A stretch of 64,000 bases of DNA from Phormidesmis sp. (GCA_965248535.1 CBDFJR010000005.1:1152001-1216000), one strand, 5' to 3'; shown: positions 43,724-53,403, counted from the stretch's first letter. Notes: a model not told the origin generated them from the sequence alone. Numbers and translations: made by a program.

Positions 43724-45037
43724 CAATAGTTCGGACAGTTTTTGCGGTCAGACGTGGACAGAAAAGCTATCCATCAGCTAGGGTGCAGATTAGAAACAAA
43801 GCGCACCGGATGGATAGCCACAGGGAAGAAATTGTACAGACCTTACTGTCAAAAGTGGGAAATTTCGCAAACCGCAATCGAAGTTTTTAGTGACGTTATT
43901 CTCGACGATTTTGGTGGTGTGTGGCAAAGTGAACTTCACGAATTTGAGTCGATACAGTGAATTGAATGAGAAGACGTATCGACGGCAGTTTATTGAAGAG
44001 GTCGACTTTGCGAAATTGAATGCAACCCTGATTCAAGCGGCAGCCGAACCGGGGCATCAGCAACTTGCAGTAATGGATTGCTCGTTCCTTCGCAAAAGCG
44101 GCAAAGCGACGTTTGGGCTAGACCGCTTCTGGAATGGCTGCAATAGTCGTGTGGAGCGAGGATTAGAGGTGTCGTTGGTGGGAGTGGTAGAGGTCGAAAC
44201 GGAGATGAGCTATGCGCTCCACGCCCAGCAAACCTTCGCTCAATCGGAGATGGCGGGCGTGAGTCGGATGGATCAGTATCTCGGTCATCTCACCCTGGTA
44301 CGCCCTCAACTTCCGCCAACGGTGCAGTATTTAGCGGTCGATGGAGCCTATGCGAAAGAGCGGTTTGTGACGGGTGCCACGCGATTGAAGTTGGCTATCA
44401 TCAGCAAACTGCGGTGTGACGCGAATCTGCGCCATCTCTATACGGGGGTGCAGAAGCAACGAGGCAGACCGCGCAAGTACGACGGCAAAGTTGACTAGAC
44501 AGACCTCAGTCGCTTCACCTTTGTGGAAACCGTGCAACCCCAAGTTGACCTCTACACTGCCCGATTGTGGCACGTCTCCTTGAAGCGGGAGATGCGAGTC
44601 GCCTACCTAGTTGACCGTCGCGTTCCGAATCGAGTCCGCACCTGCCTGCTGTTCAGTACCGATGTTGAGCAAGCCCCCAAGCAGATTATTCAGTTCTATA
44701 AATTGCGCTTCGGGATTGAATTTCTCTTTCGCGATGCCAAGCAGTTTACGGGTCTGAGTGATTGTCAAGCCCGTGACCTCTTGAAGTTAGACTTTCATTT
44801 CAATGCCAGTTTTACCGCCCTCAATCTAGCGAAGTTCGACGCGCATCCCCAGCACACCGGTCAAGACCCATTTGTATTCTCAATGGCAAGCGTTAAGCGT
44901 CGTGCCCTCAATCAACACCTACTTGAACGATTTATTGCCACCTTAGACTTGGAGCCAAGCTTGATTAAATCCCATCCCAACTACTCAACCCTTTGCAATT
45001 ACGGCACTATCGCCGCCTAAAACTGTCCGAAGTATTG
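43724..45037 (+). mobile_element. Insertion sequence (IS4/IS701-like DDE) with inactivated transposase
   Basis: 19-bp terminal IRs CAATAGTTCGGACAGTTTT / AAAACTGTCCGAAGTATTG with 1 mismatch. The transposase (DCSF, VDGAY, YKLRFGIEFLFRDAKQ) has an in-frame TAG at 44496 and a 5' frameshift near 43860. Confidence 0.92.
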
Positions 45038-45375
45038 TCATCACAAAGCTTGATTAAAATTCGATAGTTGTAGAGCGATCGTACTGGGCGCTTTCTCTGA
45101 TAAGCTCCCCCCAAATCGATAACAAAGCTCCCAGTGGGAGATAAAATTCGATGGACTTTTTTGCAGAACGCAAAAAGCCAGTCCACATAGGCTTATTGGT
45201 CAACATTGCCATAAGTTTTCTCGCGTTGCAAAGCAAAGGGAGGAGAAGTCATGACTAAATCAATTGAATCAGCCTCAAGCTGCTCTAGCAAGTTAAGGGA
45301 ATTTCCAACATAGGCTGCCCCCTGACTTGTGACATAGAGAGGATTATTTAATATCTACTTTATCTTGACCTGCAC
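45038..45375 (-). pseudogene. Truncated N4-cytosine DNA methyltransferase, M.PvuII-like
   Basis: Manual translation PLYVTSQGAAYVGNSLNLLEQLEADSIDLVMTSPPFALQREKTYGNVDQ*AYVDWLFAFCKKVHRILSPTGSFVIDLGGAY; cut at the right IR of the IS. Confidence 0.85.
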
Positions 45376-45461
45376 TGACAGTACAGATTATAAGTTCTTA
45401 CGCTACAGATACCGCTTGCATTTGTGAGTAACTCTATACCTGTCAGCCCTTTTTCAGAAAA

Positions 45462-47300
45462 TCATAGTCCTAATTCTGGCGATCGCTGCTTCCCCCTCGC
45501 CAGCTTTTTCTCCTGTTGCTTCTGGCAAGCCTGATCAACCGTCTGACGAATGTAAGCCTCAATCTTGTCTGAGCTTCGTCCCTTTTGCGTCATCTCCTGA
45601 ACAAAAGGACTGTGGTGCAGCACTTGAGCGATCTCTTGGGGCGATCGCCCATCCTCAAATGCTCTCCGTGCCGCTAAAGAATTGAGCTTCACCGTATTAC
45701 TTGCCTCAATGCCTTGGCTGTAGCGTTGCCAAAGTTGCTGACCCTCTTTTACTTTTTCTGCGGCGGAATGCCCAACCGTTCCATCATTTGCTGCTGCCCC
45801 TGCTCCAACCGTTGTAAGCGGATCTCGCTGCTGTTGACGATTTGATGGGTTCGGTTCTGCGCGACGGGCGGCAAGGTCTGAATCAAGATCCAAACGATCG
45901 CTGACACCAAAACGCTCGAAAACGTCAGCGCTCCCAGAATCCCGCGATAGGTCACTAACTCCCCGCTCAGAAACAGCTTCAGGGGGAACGCTGATTGGTT
46001 GGGCATCGCTTGCTGCACTTTCTCGACGTGACTGGTGAGCGTCACCAATCGTTGTCCGGTCTTGTCCTCTAGATTGGTCAGTCGCTCTTTCATCGCCAGG
46101 AATGATTGGTTGAAGTCGTGGCACGATCGGCTGATCACTCCCTGATTCTGTCCCACTGTGATCAGTTCGCTCTTGAAGGCGGCGAGTTCCTGGCGCATCG
46201 TCCCCATCTCGCGGCTGATGCGAGTCAACTGCTCTAACTGGTTGAGGTCGAGTTGCGTTTGATGCCGCAACTGTTGATTCATCTCTGATAAGCTGCTGCT
46301 GACCTGATTCTGGCTCTGATCTTGGTTGACCAAGTGCTGATTGATCGCCGAGAGTTCGTAGTGCAACTGCTGGAAGTACGTCAGGTATTGCTTGATCTCG
46401 ATCAGTTCTTCTTCTAGAGTTTGCGATCGCTGGCTCAAAGCTTTCAGCGATTCGCTCAAACTCTGCAACAACGTCCGCGTTGATTCCGGATTCTGAAGAT
46501 TGGAGGGGTCGATCTGCTGCTTGGCAAGTTGCCTCAAATTCTGTGGTGTGGTCATAGCGAAGTCCTTTGTACTTTTGCAGTCCTGGAAAGGTGTAAGCTC
46601 TGCCTAATTGGCTGCCACTGAATGCAATTCCATCCAACTCGTAGCTGATGCCAGTGATTTCCTGATGTCGCGTCTTGCGAAGCCGGATGTTAGTGCCCTG
46701 GTCTTTTAATCGGTGGATGAGTTGCACGATCGAGGGATTTCCTTCAGCCGCCTGGTCAATCTGAGCTTGCAACTTGACTCGAATCGGAAGTTCACCAGTT
46801 CGCTCAAATCGACGCATTTCTCCCGTGGTAGGAGCCGCCTCAACTTTTTCCCAACTCGACTGCACCGATTCCAGCTGGTATTGCTTTTCTAAGGTGCGAA
46901 TTAACGTTTCCGCTCGACGTTTTTCCCAAGAATCGCGAACGGTTGCACCGTCAGTTAATCGAATGCGACACAGCCCAATGTGAATGTGATCGTGGTCTTG
47001 GTCATGATGGCGATAGACGACATATTGACAGTTTTCGTAGCCCATTCCGGTAATGTAGTCTTGCGCGATCGCATTCCAGCGATCGTCATCGAGATGCTCA
47101 TGCTTTGGCAGCGAGAGAGAAACGTGGCAAACGGCTTTCTTCAATCTGAAATTCAATTCTCGCGCCACTCGAAACTCAGCCGCCAGTTCGCGAGGCGTTT
47201 CTCCCACCATGTTGCCGCCGATCTGTTGGGCGAACTCTTTGCCATGCAGGTAGTTCAGGAGTCCTCGAAAACTCTTTCCTTGAACAATTTTACCAATCAC
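45462..47300 (-). CDS. Relaxase, MOBP/VirD2-like
   Basis: GKSFRGLLNYL (catalytic Tyr), HVSLSLP, HHDQDHDHIHI; downstream of mobC. Confidence 0.92.
   Translation of the reverse strand: MIGKIVQGKSFRGLLNYLHGKEFAQQIGGNMVGETPRELAAEFRVARELNFRLKKAVCHVSLSLPKHEHLDDDRWNAIAQDYITGMGYENCQYVVYRHHDQDHDHIHIGLCRIRLTDGATVRDSWEKRRAETLIRTLEKQYQLESVQSSWEKVEAAPTTGEMRRFERTGELPIRVKLQAQIDQAAEGNPSIVQLIHRLKDQGTNIRLRKTRHQEITGISYELDGIAFSGSQLGRAYTFPGLQKYKGLRYDHTTEFEATCQAADRPLQSSESGINADVVAEFERIAESFEPAIANSRRRTDRDQAIPDVLPAVALRTLGDQSALGQPRSEPESGQQQLIRDESTVAASNATRPQPVRAVDSHQPRDGDDAPGTRRLQERTDHSGTESGSDQPIVPRLQPIIPGDERATDQSRGQDRTTIGDAHQSRRESAASDAQPISVPPEAVSERGVSDLSRDSGSADVFERFGVSDRLDLDSDLAARRAEPNPSNRQQQRDPLTTVGAGAAANDGTVGHSAAEKVKEGQQLWQRYSQGIEASNTVKLNSLAARRAFEDGRSPQEIAQVLHHSPFVQEMTQKGRSSDKIEAYIRQTVDQACQKQQEKKLARGKQRSPELGL
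45749..46555 (-). CDS. Nested alternate-frame coiled-coil membrane protein inside the relaxase (MobB/MbeB-like arrangement)
   Basis: 268-aa open frame, AAGGA 7 nt before the ATG, heptad-rich body and one C-proximal TM. Confidence 0.7.
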   Translation of the reverse strand: MTTPQNLRQLAKQQIDPSNLQNPESTRTLLQSLSESLKALSQRSQTLEEELIEIKQYLTYFQQLHYELSAINQHLVNQDQSQNQVSSSLSEMNQQLRHQTQLDLNQLEQLTRISREMGTMRQELAAFKSELITVGQNQGVISRSCHDFNQSFLAMKERLTNLEDKTGQRLVTLTSHVEKVQQAMPNQSAFPLKLFLSGELVTYRGILGALTFSSVLVSAIVWILIQTLPPVAQNRTHQIVNSSEIRLQRLEQGQQQMMERLGIPPQKK

Positions 47301-47314
47301 AACGTTGCGTCTTT

Positions 47315-47701
47315 CTATTCAGGTTCGTCTTCGTGATTTGGATCGATAGCCATCACCGCCAACCGAATTTCTTTGATTTGAGTCTTTAATTCTGCAATCA
47401 CAGTTGGATCAATCTTACAACTCTGATAGGTGTGAGTTGCCAGGTTAGATGCTCTCGCAATCTGGTTCAGATTGTTATTAATTCTGCCTAACTCCAAGTA
47501 GATCAGACGATTCATTTCGGGAACTCGTGGACGACTTCGCCGTTGCGGAACGGGTTGCCCTAGTCCCGCTTTCAACAAATACTCACTCATACTCAGCGAC
47601 CCGGCTCGATCGTCGAGATAAGACCGTTCAGACTCGCTGACCCAAACCGTAATGTGCTTGTCTCGAACTTCGCCCGTGGGAGATTTTCGCTTTCTTGCCA
47701 T
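47315..47701 (-). CDS. mobC: Relaxosome accessory protein MobC
   Basis: RHH-like ITVWVSESE...SMSEYL and ELGRINNNLNQIAR motif. Confidence 0.9.
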   Translation of the reverse strand: MARKRKSPTGEVRDKHITVWVSESERSYLDDRAGSLSMSEYLLKAGLGQPVPQRRSRPRVPEMNRLIYLELGRINNNLNQIARASNLATHTYQSCKIDPTVIAELKTQIKEIRLAVMAIDPNHEDEPE

Positions 47702-47886
47702 GTGCAAACGCAACTCAAAAATCAGGTTGAATCTGACTCAGAAACACTGCTTGCTCCTAACCTTGATCGCTCAATGTACCCCATTTGCCAATTCTGTTGA
47801 GGGGCGATCGTCAAGACTGAACGTGAGATCAATCTGCGATGCAACCCTTCTGAACTTATCGCAAAAAATTGTCTCTCTGCCTCTAA

Positions 47887-48060
47887 GTACCTACTTTTTA
47901 ACTTTATTTAACTTCTATTTACCTTTAATTGCCTTCTAAATACCTTCTTCTCTTGAAAATCTCTCAAATTAGCGATAGGGTTGTGGAAAGCAGCGGCAGT
48001 CACCTACTTTCTACCTTGTGAATGTCACTGCTTAACTTTTCAGGGTTAACCGCTACCTTC
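47887..48060. repeat. parC-like array of 10-11-bp degenerate direct repeats
   Basis: GTACCTACTT/TTTAACTTTA/TTTAACTTCTA/TTTACCTTTA/ATTGCCTTCTA/AATACCTTCT at 47887-47950, plus a second looser cluster before parM. Confidence 0.55.
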
Positions 48061-48117
48061 GACTGTCTTGACTACTAGATCGAAAGACCTGAATCGTCTC
48101 GAACAAGGAATCCTCTC

Positions 48118-49266
48118 ATGACTGCTTCACCGCCAGACGTGATTATGACGATCGACACCGGAACGTCTCAGAGCAAGGTGTTCTGGAAGCATTGGTCGCA
48201 AGGCAACACAGAACTTCTGCTGATGGGATCTGAGTTTTTGGAGATTGCTTCCAGCGATTTACTCGACACTGGACTCTCTGGAGGCAGACCCGAAAACGAT
48301 GCTTTCCTCGAACTCGCTAACGGCAAAACCTATGTGTTGGGAATGAAGGCTCAACAAATGCGCGGCAAACCACCTGCGGGGTTGAGTAAGTATGAGTTTG
48401 CAGCGTACAAAGCTTTGGCAATCATTGGCGCGATCGCGGAAACCGCAAATTTGCCAGATAGTTTTACGATCGCGCTGTCTGCTCTATTGCCTTACAAGGA
48501 ATATCAGGATCGCAAAGCCTTTCATGATCTGCTTACGAGTAACCTGGCTGGGTTTAATTTCCGAGGTTGGCATTACTCAGTGTCTGCGCTCACGTTAGAA
48601 GTCAAGCCAGAGGGAGCGGGACTGGCTCAGAGCCGTCGCAACGATGCACCTAAATCCTTTAGCGACAGAAACATTCTGGTAGTCATGGTCGGTCAGCGGG
48701 ATGCCTCACTCCTACCATTCAAACAAGGCACACCTCAAAGCGGTCAGGGAGTTCGGTTGGGGTTTGAGCAGTTTTTGGAAGCGATCGTGTCTCGTGCCTC
48801 GCTCAATCTGGACAACAGAGATGCCGGACGGCTGACGGAGTATCTCTTCCAAACTCAAGAAAATCCCAAAATGGTCGAGCGGATTGCTCGAATGGTCGTA
48901 ACCGAATCTGAGGTCGGGCGCAAGGCAGAACAAATCAGAGAAGCGATCTCAACCGCTAAAAATCGCTATGCGCGGGACTTACTAGACTGGATTAAATCTG
49001 CACTGGGGCAAGACCTTTACGAGTTTGATGAAGCGATCGTCTCTGGAGGTGCTGCTTTGTATCTCAAGGACGAGCTTGAAGCCTTCTTTGCCGAATACAA
49101 CTTAGAGGTATCTTGGGCTGCGAATCTACAAGAGCAAATCAATCAATCGCTGGTTTACCCCATTGATTTGGTTCTAGCTTGCCGCGTCTCGGATGCGTTT
49201 GGGGTGTTTAAGCTGCTGGGCGGCAAAGTGAGTAGACTGGCGGAAGGAATGACGATCGTTCGATAG
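48118..49266 (+). CDS. parM: ParM/StbA family actin-like ATPase
   Basis: IDTGTSQSK phosphate-1, VKPEGAG connect-1, MVGQRDAS phosphate-2, SGGAA adenosine motif. Confidence 0.85.
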   Translation: MTASPPDVIMTIDTGTSQSKVFWKHWSQGNTELLLMGSEFLEIASSDLLDTGLSGGRPENDAFLELANGKTYVLGMKAQQMRGKPPAGLSKYEFAAYKALAIIGAIAETANLPDSFTIALSALLPYKEYQDRKAFHDLLTSNLAGFNFRGWHYSVSALTLEVKPEGAGLAQSRRNDAPKSFSDRNILVVMVGQRDASLLPFKQGTPQSGQGVRLGFEQFLEAIVSRASLNLDNRDAGRLTEYLFQTQENPKMVERIARMVVTESEVGRKAEQIREAISTAKNRYARDLLDWIKSALGQDLYEFDEAIVSGGAALYLKDELEAFFAEYNLEVSWAANLQEQINQSLVYPIDLVLACRVSDAFGVFKLLGGKVSRLAEGMTIVR

Positions 49267-49276
49267 GAATGTCTCA

Positions 49277-49774
49277 ATGTCCACGAAAAAGTTTGACTAT
49301 CGGGTCAGAGTCCAAGTTGCAGCAGATAGTCCAGATGGGGTGCTGCTGGACTGCATCAAGAATGAGCGGCATCAATCCTACTCGCACAAGGAAATGCTGT
49401 TATGGGCGCTGCGGGCATACTGGATGCCCACGGCTTACCAGCTTCAACGAGAGCAAGGGGATTCGTCAATTTCAGATGCCCAGATGAAGCGGATCGCCTT
49501 AGATGCCATTCATCAACTTAAGCAGCAAATTTCCTACCTTCAATCGACGTTTGAAGTCGGGCAAGATTATCCAACCGAAGGAGCAACCGTCGCACCTTCC
49601 TCGCAGCCGTTGCGATCGCTCGTCGCAACCCATGCAACTTCAGAAACCATCGCAGCGAGTCCATCAAATCCTGCCAACGCTTCCGAAACAATCTCTATTG
49701 CAGATGGAGAAGTCTCTCAAGAACCCGGTGAGGAATGGTACGACAGCGATGACTTATTCGACTCTCAAGTTTAG
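49277..49774 (+). CDS. Putative ParR-like adaptor
   Basis: Directly after parM; EMLLWALRAYWMP helix and acidic disordered tail. Function inferred from position. Confidence 0.6.
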   Translation: MSTKKFDYRVRVQVAADSPDGVLLDCIKNERHQSYSHKEMLLWALRAYWMPTAYQLQREQGDSSISDAQMKRIALDAIHQLKQQISYLQSTFEVGQDYPTEGATVAPSSQPLRSLVATHATSETIAASPSNPANASETISIADGEVSQEPGEEWYDSDDLFDSQV

Positions 49775-49892
49775 CGAGTGAAAACACTGCCTCTAAATTT
49801 GTCCCCGTTTTTTCTCTAAGTTGATACAAAATAAACGCTAAAGAGACGAAATCCCATCAGAGTTCTGAGAGAACTAGCAACGCCGTGGACGT

Positions 49893-50120
49893 TCAAACAC
49901 GATCACTAAAGCGCAAATCATCCAAAGCCTCTTGAATCATCTGGTCAAAGTGTGGATGTTGCCACACCAAACGCTGAATGAGAAGATTAGCGACCACAAA
50001 AACTTCATCTGAACAAATAGACGTACCTTCAGAATCGATTGCCCATTGCTGGATGTGAGTCAGTAGCCGAGTCACTTTGCTGACTTCGCAAATACCTGAT
50101 TGGGAAGATTTCTTTCTCAT
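49893..50120 (-). CDS. Hypothetical protein
   Basis: AGGAG upstream of ATG 50120; last gene of the leftward operon. Confidence 0.5.
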   Translation of the reverse strand: MRKKSSQSGICEVSKVTRLLTHIQQWAIDSEGTSICSDEVFVVANLLIQRLVWQHPHFDQMIQEALDDLRFSDRV

Positions 50121-50429
50121 AGTGGTTCTCCTGAGTTTTTCAGAATGATGAATGCCCCGAAAGAACTCACAATCACTTTTCAATCAGGGCAACGATTCAA
50201 GCAAGCTGAGTTGCCGATCGCACTGTCCGGTGAGTTCTGCCCACTGTCGAGCGAAGGCTCTAGAATTTCGGCACTGATCATTTGCCAATTTGGGAGCCAC
50301 CACATAAAACTCCTCAAAGGCAGGATAAATTCCTTCCGTGCGATCGTGGATATAAAATCGTTTGCCGTAGCGTTCCCCAAGCGATCACTCAGGGAACTGA
50401 ACAGGAAATTAAAAGTATTTGCTTTGGAT

Positions 50430-50693
50430 TCACTTCCGGTGAAGACTGCGTAACTGGTCAGACTTCCACCAAACCGCACTTAGCTTGGTCAAGCCATCCA
50501 GTTGATAGAGCCATTGCCCTAGCTGATGATCCGAGGATTCGTATTTCATTCCGATAACGGTTGCAACTTCTCTGGTCAGTTTCACTCTAACCACTTGGAA
50601 AAAGGCAAAATCCGGCAGTGCTGCCTGTTGGTTCAAAATACTGATACTGAGGCGATGGGCATCATCTGAGCTTTGAGGTTTTGTGGTACTCAT
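50430..50693 (-). CDS. Small hypothetical protein
   Basis: GGAG-ATG start; PDFAFFQVV...VIGMKY...WLYQL beta-rich pattern. Confidence 0.65.
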   Translation of the reverse strand: MSTTKPQSSDDAHRLSISILNQQAALPDFAFFQVVRVKLTREVATVIGMKYESSDHQLGQWLYQLDGLTKLSAVWWKSDQLRSLHRK

Positions 50694-50778
50694 GGTTCAA
50701 ACTCCAAGTAAAAAAATCCCCTCAAACGGCGGTTCAAGGGGATGAATTTGAGGGGATTAGAAACTATAGGAGCGCAAT

Positions 50779-51696
50779 CTAAAATTCCTGCATATAGGGA
50801 ATTTCATCGCTACCGTAATCAACGTCAGCGCCGTAACTGTCTTCGCTGTAGTCAGCATTATGGTCAGATACAGGAGGTTTTGTTTCTCGATCGGGGTTGC
50901 CAAAGTCTACCCACTCCTCAAACTCCGTCAAAATTTTTACTTTAAGGATTTCGTCGTACCCCACAAAAAAGTTCTGCCAATTCTGAGCGATCGGCTTCCC
51001 ATAATCAGCAACGGAGCAAACCCAGGATTTCGCCTTTTTGCCTTTCAGTTCTGGCTGAACTTGGACTGAAAAAATCGACAATGACAGGAAGCAATCACTC
51101 CTTGCTTTTTTGGCTCCAGTTGCTTGAGCATAAGCCTTGCTCATCTCGCGGCGAAACTTTCCATTTGCCTCGCCAAACGAACCGCAAAACGTTGTTTTTG
51201 TCGTGAATAATAGCGGTGACTGGTGGAGTAACTGCTTCTGCTGATTCACAAGATAAGTTAGGTAGCGCGTCTTCAAAATCATGGTGTCTCGGCTGTAGTC
51301 CTGCTGGCTATAGACTCCGATGAAATTCCCGCTCTCCTTCTCAAACATCAGCAAGGGAGGTTTTCGCAGAATTAGAAATCGGGCAGTTAGGCTGCGATAA
51401 CCTTTGGCAGTGCTACCACTGGAAAACGTAGCAGTGTAAGGTGCCCACTCTCCAGCCGGATCAGCAAAGCTAATTTCCTCTGCATTTTCCAAGGTCAAGA
51501 AGAATCCAGCTTGACTGGGATCTTGTTGATTCAGCATTTGTAGATAAGGAAGCGTTTCGTATCCACCTTCAAATTCAGGTGCATCAAAACCGTTGATCAG
51601 TGAATCGATAGTCTCATCTCCCGATCGTTCCAGCGTTGTCATCTGACTACTAGATTGCGTTGATTGAATAGATTTGTGATTACTGTTACGTGTCAT
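50779..51696 (-). CDS. DUF5895-like plasmid protein with acidic tail
   Basis: FDAPEF...LPYLQMLN...GFFL, TRYLTYLV...LHQSPL; family call from recognition only. Confidence 0.65.
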   Translation of the reverse strand: MTRNSNHKSIQSTQSSSQMTTLERSGDETIDSLINGFDAPEFEGGYETLPYLQMLNQQDPSQAGFFLTLENAEEISFADPAGEWAPYTATFSSGSTAKGYRSLTARFLILRKPPLLMFEKESGNFIGVYSQQDYSRDTMILKTRYLTYLVNQQKQLLHQSPLLFTTKTTFCGSFGEANGKFRREMSKAYAQATGAKKARSDCFLSLSIFSVQVQPELKGKKAKSWVCSVADYGKPIAQNWQNFFVGYDEILKVKILTEFEEWVDFGNPDRETKPPVSDHNADYSEDSYGADVDYGSDEIPYMQEF

Positions 51697-51771
51697 TGTT
51701 CAATTTTCCTAAAGAACAAAGAAGAGGACTAAGTTTCTTCTCTTAGCCCCCTCGTGTGGTTCAATGCCCCA

Positions 51772-52080
51772 TCAAAAGTCGCCGTTGTAGTAGCAGGGAT
51801 CAGGGGTATCGACCCAACCAAAGGCAAAGTGTTGAGTTGGCGAGTAGTGAACGATGCGTCCCTGCTCATCTTTCGGCAATTGCTTGAGTTTAGTGACGTA
51901 GCCTTCTAGGTAGCCTGGATCTGCGTAGCGAGGCAGTTGTCCAAAAGCGGCATCGTTCTGCCCATCCAAATATTGCGTTTTGTAGATGTCTTGACGAGTT
52001 TTTTCATCTCGTTGGTCGCGCTCATCGGCGCGGCAGTCATCAATAAAAGCCATAAAATCGAGGTACTCCTTGTGAGTCAA
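51772..52080 (-). CDS. Hypothetical protein
   Basis: YLDGQNDAAFGQLP...YLEGY; in the leftward operon. Start uncertain. Confidence 0.65.
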   Translation of the reverse strand: MTHKEYLDFMAFIDDCRADERDQRDEKTRQDIYKTQYLDGQNDAAFGQLPRYADPGYLEGYVTKLKQLPKDEQGRIVHYSPTQHFAFGWVDTPDPCYYNGDF

Positions 52081-52252
52081 GAGAGTGCTTGTGATTTCGA
52101 GTCCAGGGCACTCTTTTAGGTTTTCGTGGGCGATGAATTGTTCAATTTCGTGACGGCTGGGTTATATCCTCGCGGCGTTCATAACCAGTTCTGCGGTATC
52201 AGCAGGTTCCCCGTACTTCTTGGCTTCGGTGTCCAATTGCTTTGTTATTTCT

Positions 52253-52294
52253 ATAATATACGTGGTTAAGTAGAAAGTCAACACAATACGTGGT
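52253..52294 (-). promoter_or_regulatory. Near-consensus sigma70 promoter with two operator repeats
   Basis: Minus strand TTGACT-17 bp-TATTAT; ACCACGTAT occurs once upstream of the -35 and once in the spacer. Confidence 0.7.
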
Positions 52295-52370
52295 AATTGA
52301 GAAATTTCTTTACGATTCTGTGAAAACTAGAGAAGCGCCATAACCATCATGCAAAGCTAGGGGAGTAAAG

Positions 52371-52655
52371 GTGACAGCAAGACAAATGCCTCAAAAGCGT
52401 AGAAACCCTGCAAAGGGTAAAGTTAATCCAAAGTCGATCGCCAACCTGATTCACGAAGGCAGACCACCCGCCTTTAATGAGGAGAAAAAGCGCCGGACGC
52501 TGACTGTGACCGAATCGGGTTGGGAAGGAGCAATGGCGATCGCAAAAGATCTAGATTGCCGGGGGATCTCTGAACTGATTGAGTTAATTGGTCGGGGACA
52601 GTTGTTTGTCGTTCATTCAGAAAGCTCTGAATCAGCTTTAGATGATAGGGATTAG
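52371..52655 (+). CDS. Small basic RHH-like DNA-binding protein
   Basis: KKRRTLTVTESGWEG...ISELIELIGRG; divergent from the leftward operon. Confidence 0.7.
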   Translation: MTARQMPQKRRNPAKGKVNPKSIANLIHEGRPPAFNEEKKRRTLTVTESGWEGAMAIAKDLDCRGISELIELIGRGQLFVVHSESSESALDDRD

Positions 52656-52879
52656 CTCTCCTTTTCCGAGGGAAAGCTAAGTTACTGGGTTCAGGCAGTT
52701 GTGTAACGATCTAAGCTACCGCGTTCAGATGATCGCCGTCTATATCAGTAACCAGGTATTGAGTCCAACAATCAAAGCGACTACTGCTTATGTCATAACT
52801 TCAGTCATCTGGAATTGACAAGTTCACCTGTCAAGAAAAACATGAGTTGCTTTACATCGCCTACTTGGTCTGGTTCCGT

Positions 52880-53281
52880 TCAATGATTCGGCTCGTTGAG
52901 GTGTTCAGCGACTTCTCGGTATAAATTCATCACATGGCTGTCTGCAAGCCCGTAATAGACATTGCGTCCTTCTTTTCGATATTCGACTAAGCGCATTGCT
53001 CGAAGAATCCGCAATTGATGAGAGACAGCAGATTCACTCATTTTCACACCTGCTGCTAAGTCACAGACGCAAAGTTCTTGAGTGGCTAACGCCGAAATCA
53101 GGCGAAGGCGACTTGGATCAGCCAACACCCCGAAGAACTCAGCCATGCGTTGAGCCTCGTTGATCGCCAAAATCTCAGGCTGTATTTGACGCACCTGATC
53201 TAGATGGACTAAATGAGTTTCACAGCTTGGTGCATCAGAGTTGGAAACCATTGGCTTTTTGGAACGGCTAGACTTATTCAT
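52880..53281 (-). CDS. ArsR/SmtB family metal-sensing repressor (ZiaR/SmtB-like)
   Basis: CETHLVH, ELCVCDLA, SESAVSHQLR, alpha5 site DSH...EH..E. Confidence 0.93.
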   Translation of the reverse strand: MNKSSRSKKPMVSNSDAPSCETHLVHLDQVRQIQPEILAINEAQRMAEFFGVLADPSRLRLISALATQELCVCDLAAGVKMSESAVSHQLRILRAMRLVEYRKEGRNVYYGLADSHVMNLYREVAEHLNEPNH

Positions 53282-53333
53282 AGTTAGGATTGCTTGCTAA
53301 CTCCCAGTATAAACAAGGAATGGAAATCATTCT

Positions 53334-53359
53334 TATATATGAACATTTGATCATACATT
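53334..53359. promoter_or_regulatory. SmtB/ZiaR-type inverted repeat operator
   Basis: ATATATGAACATTTGATCATACAT between the divergent repressor and ATPase. Confidence 0.75.
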
Positions 53360-53403
53360 TGTAGAAAACGCACTATAATTCAGAGTAAGTGTTCTGTAAA
53401 CTC

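Noticed and set aside
47702..47886. Exact oriT nic site
   Set aside because: Expected here by position, but I could not identify a convincing nic consensus.
50180..50479. 99-aa minus-strand ORF in the track
   Set aside because: Its composition is not protein-like; another broken frame may be the real remnant, but I cannot support a call.
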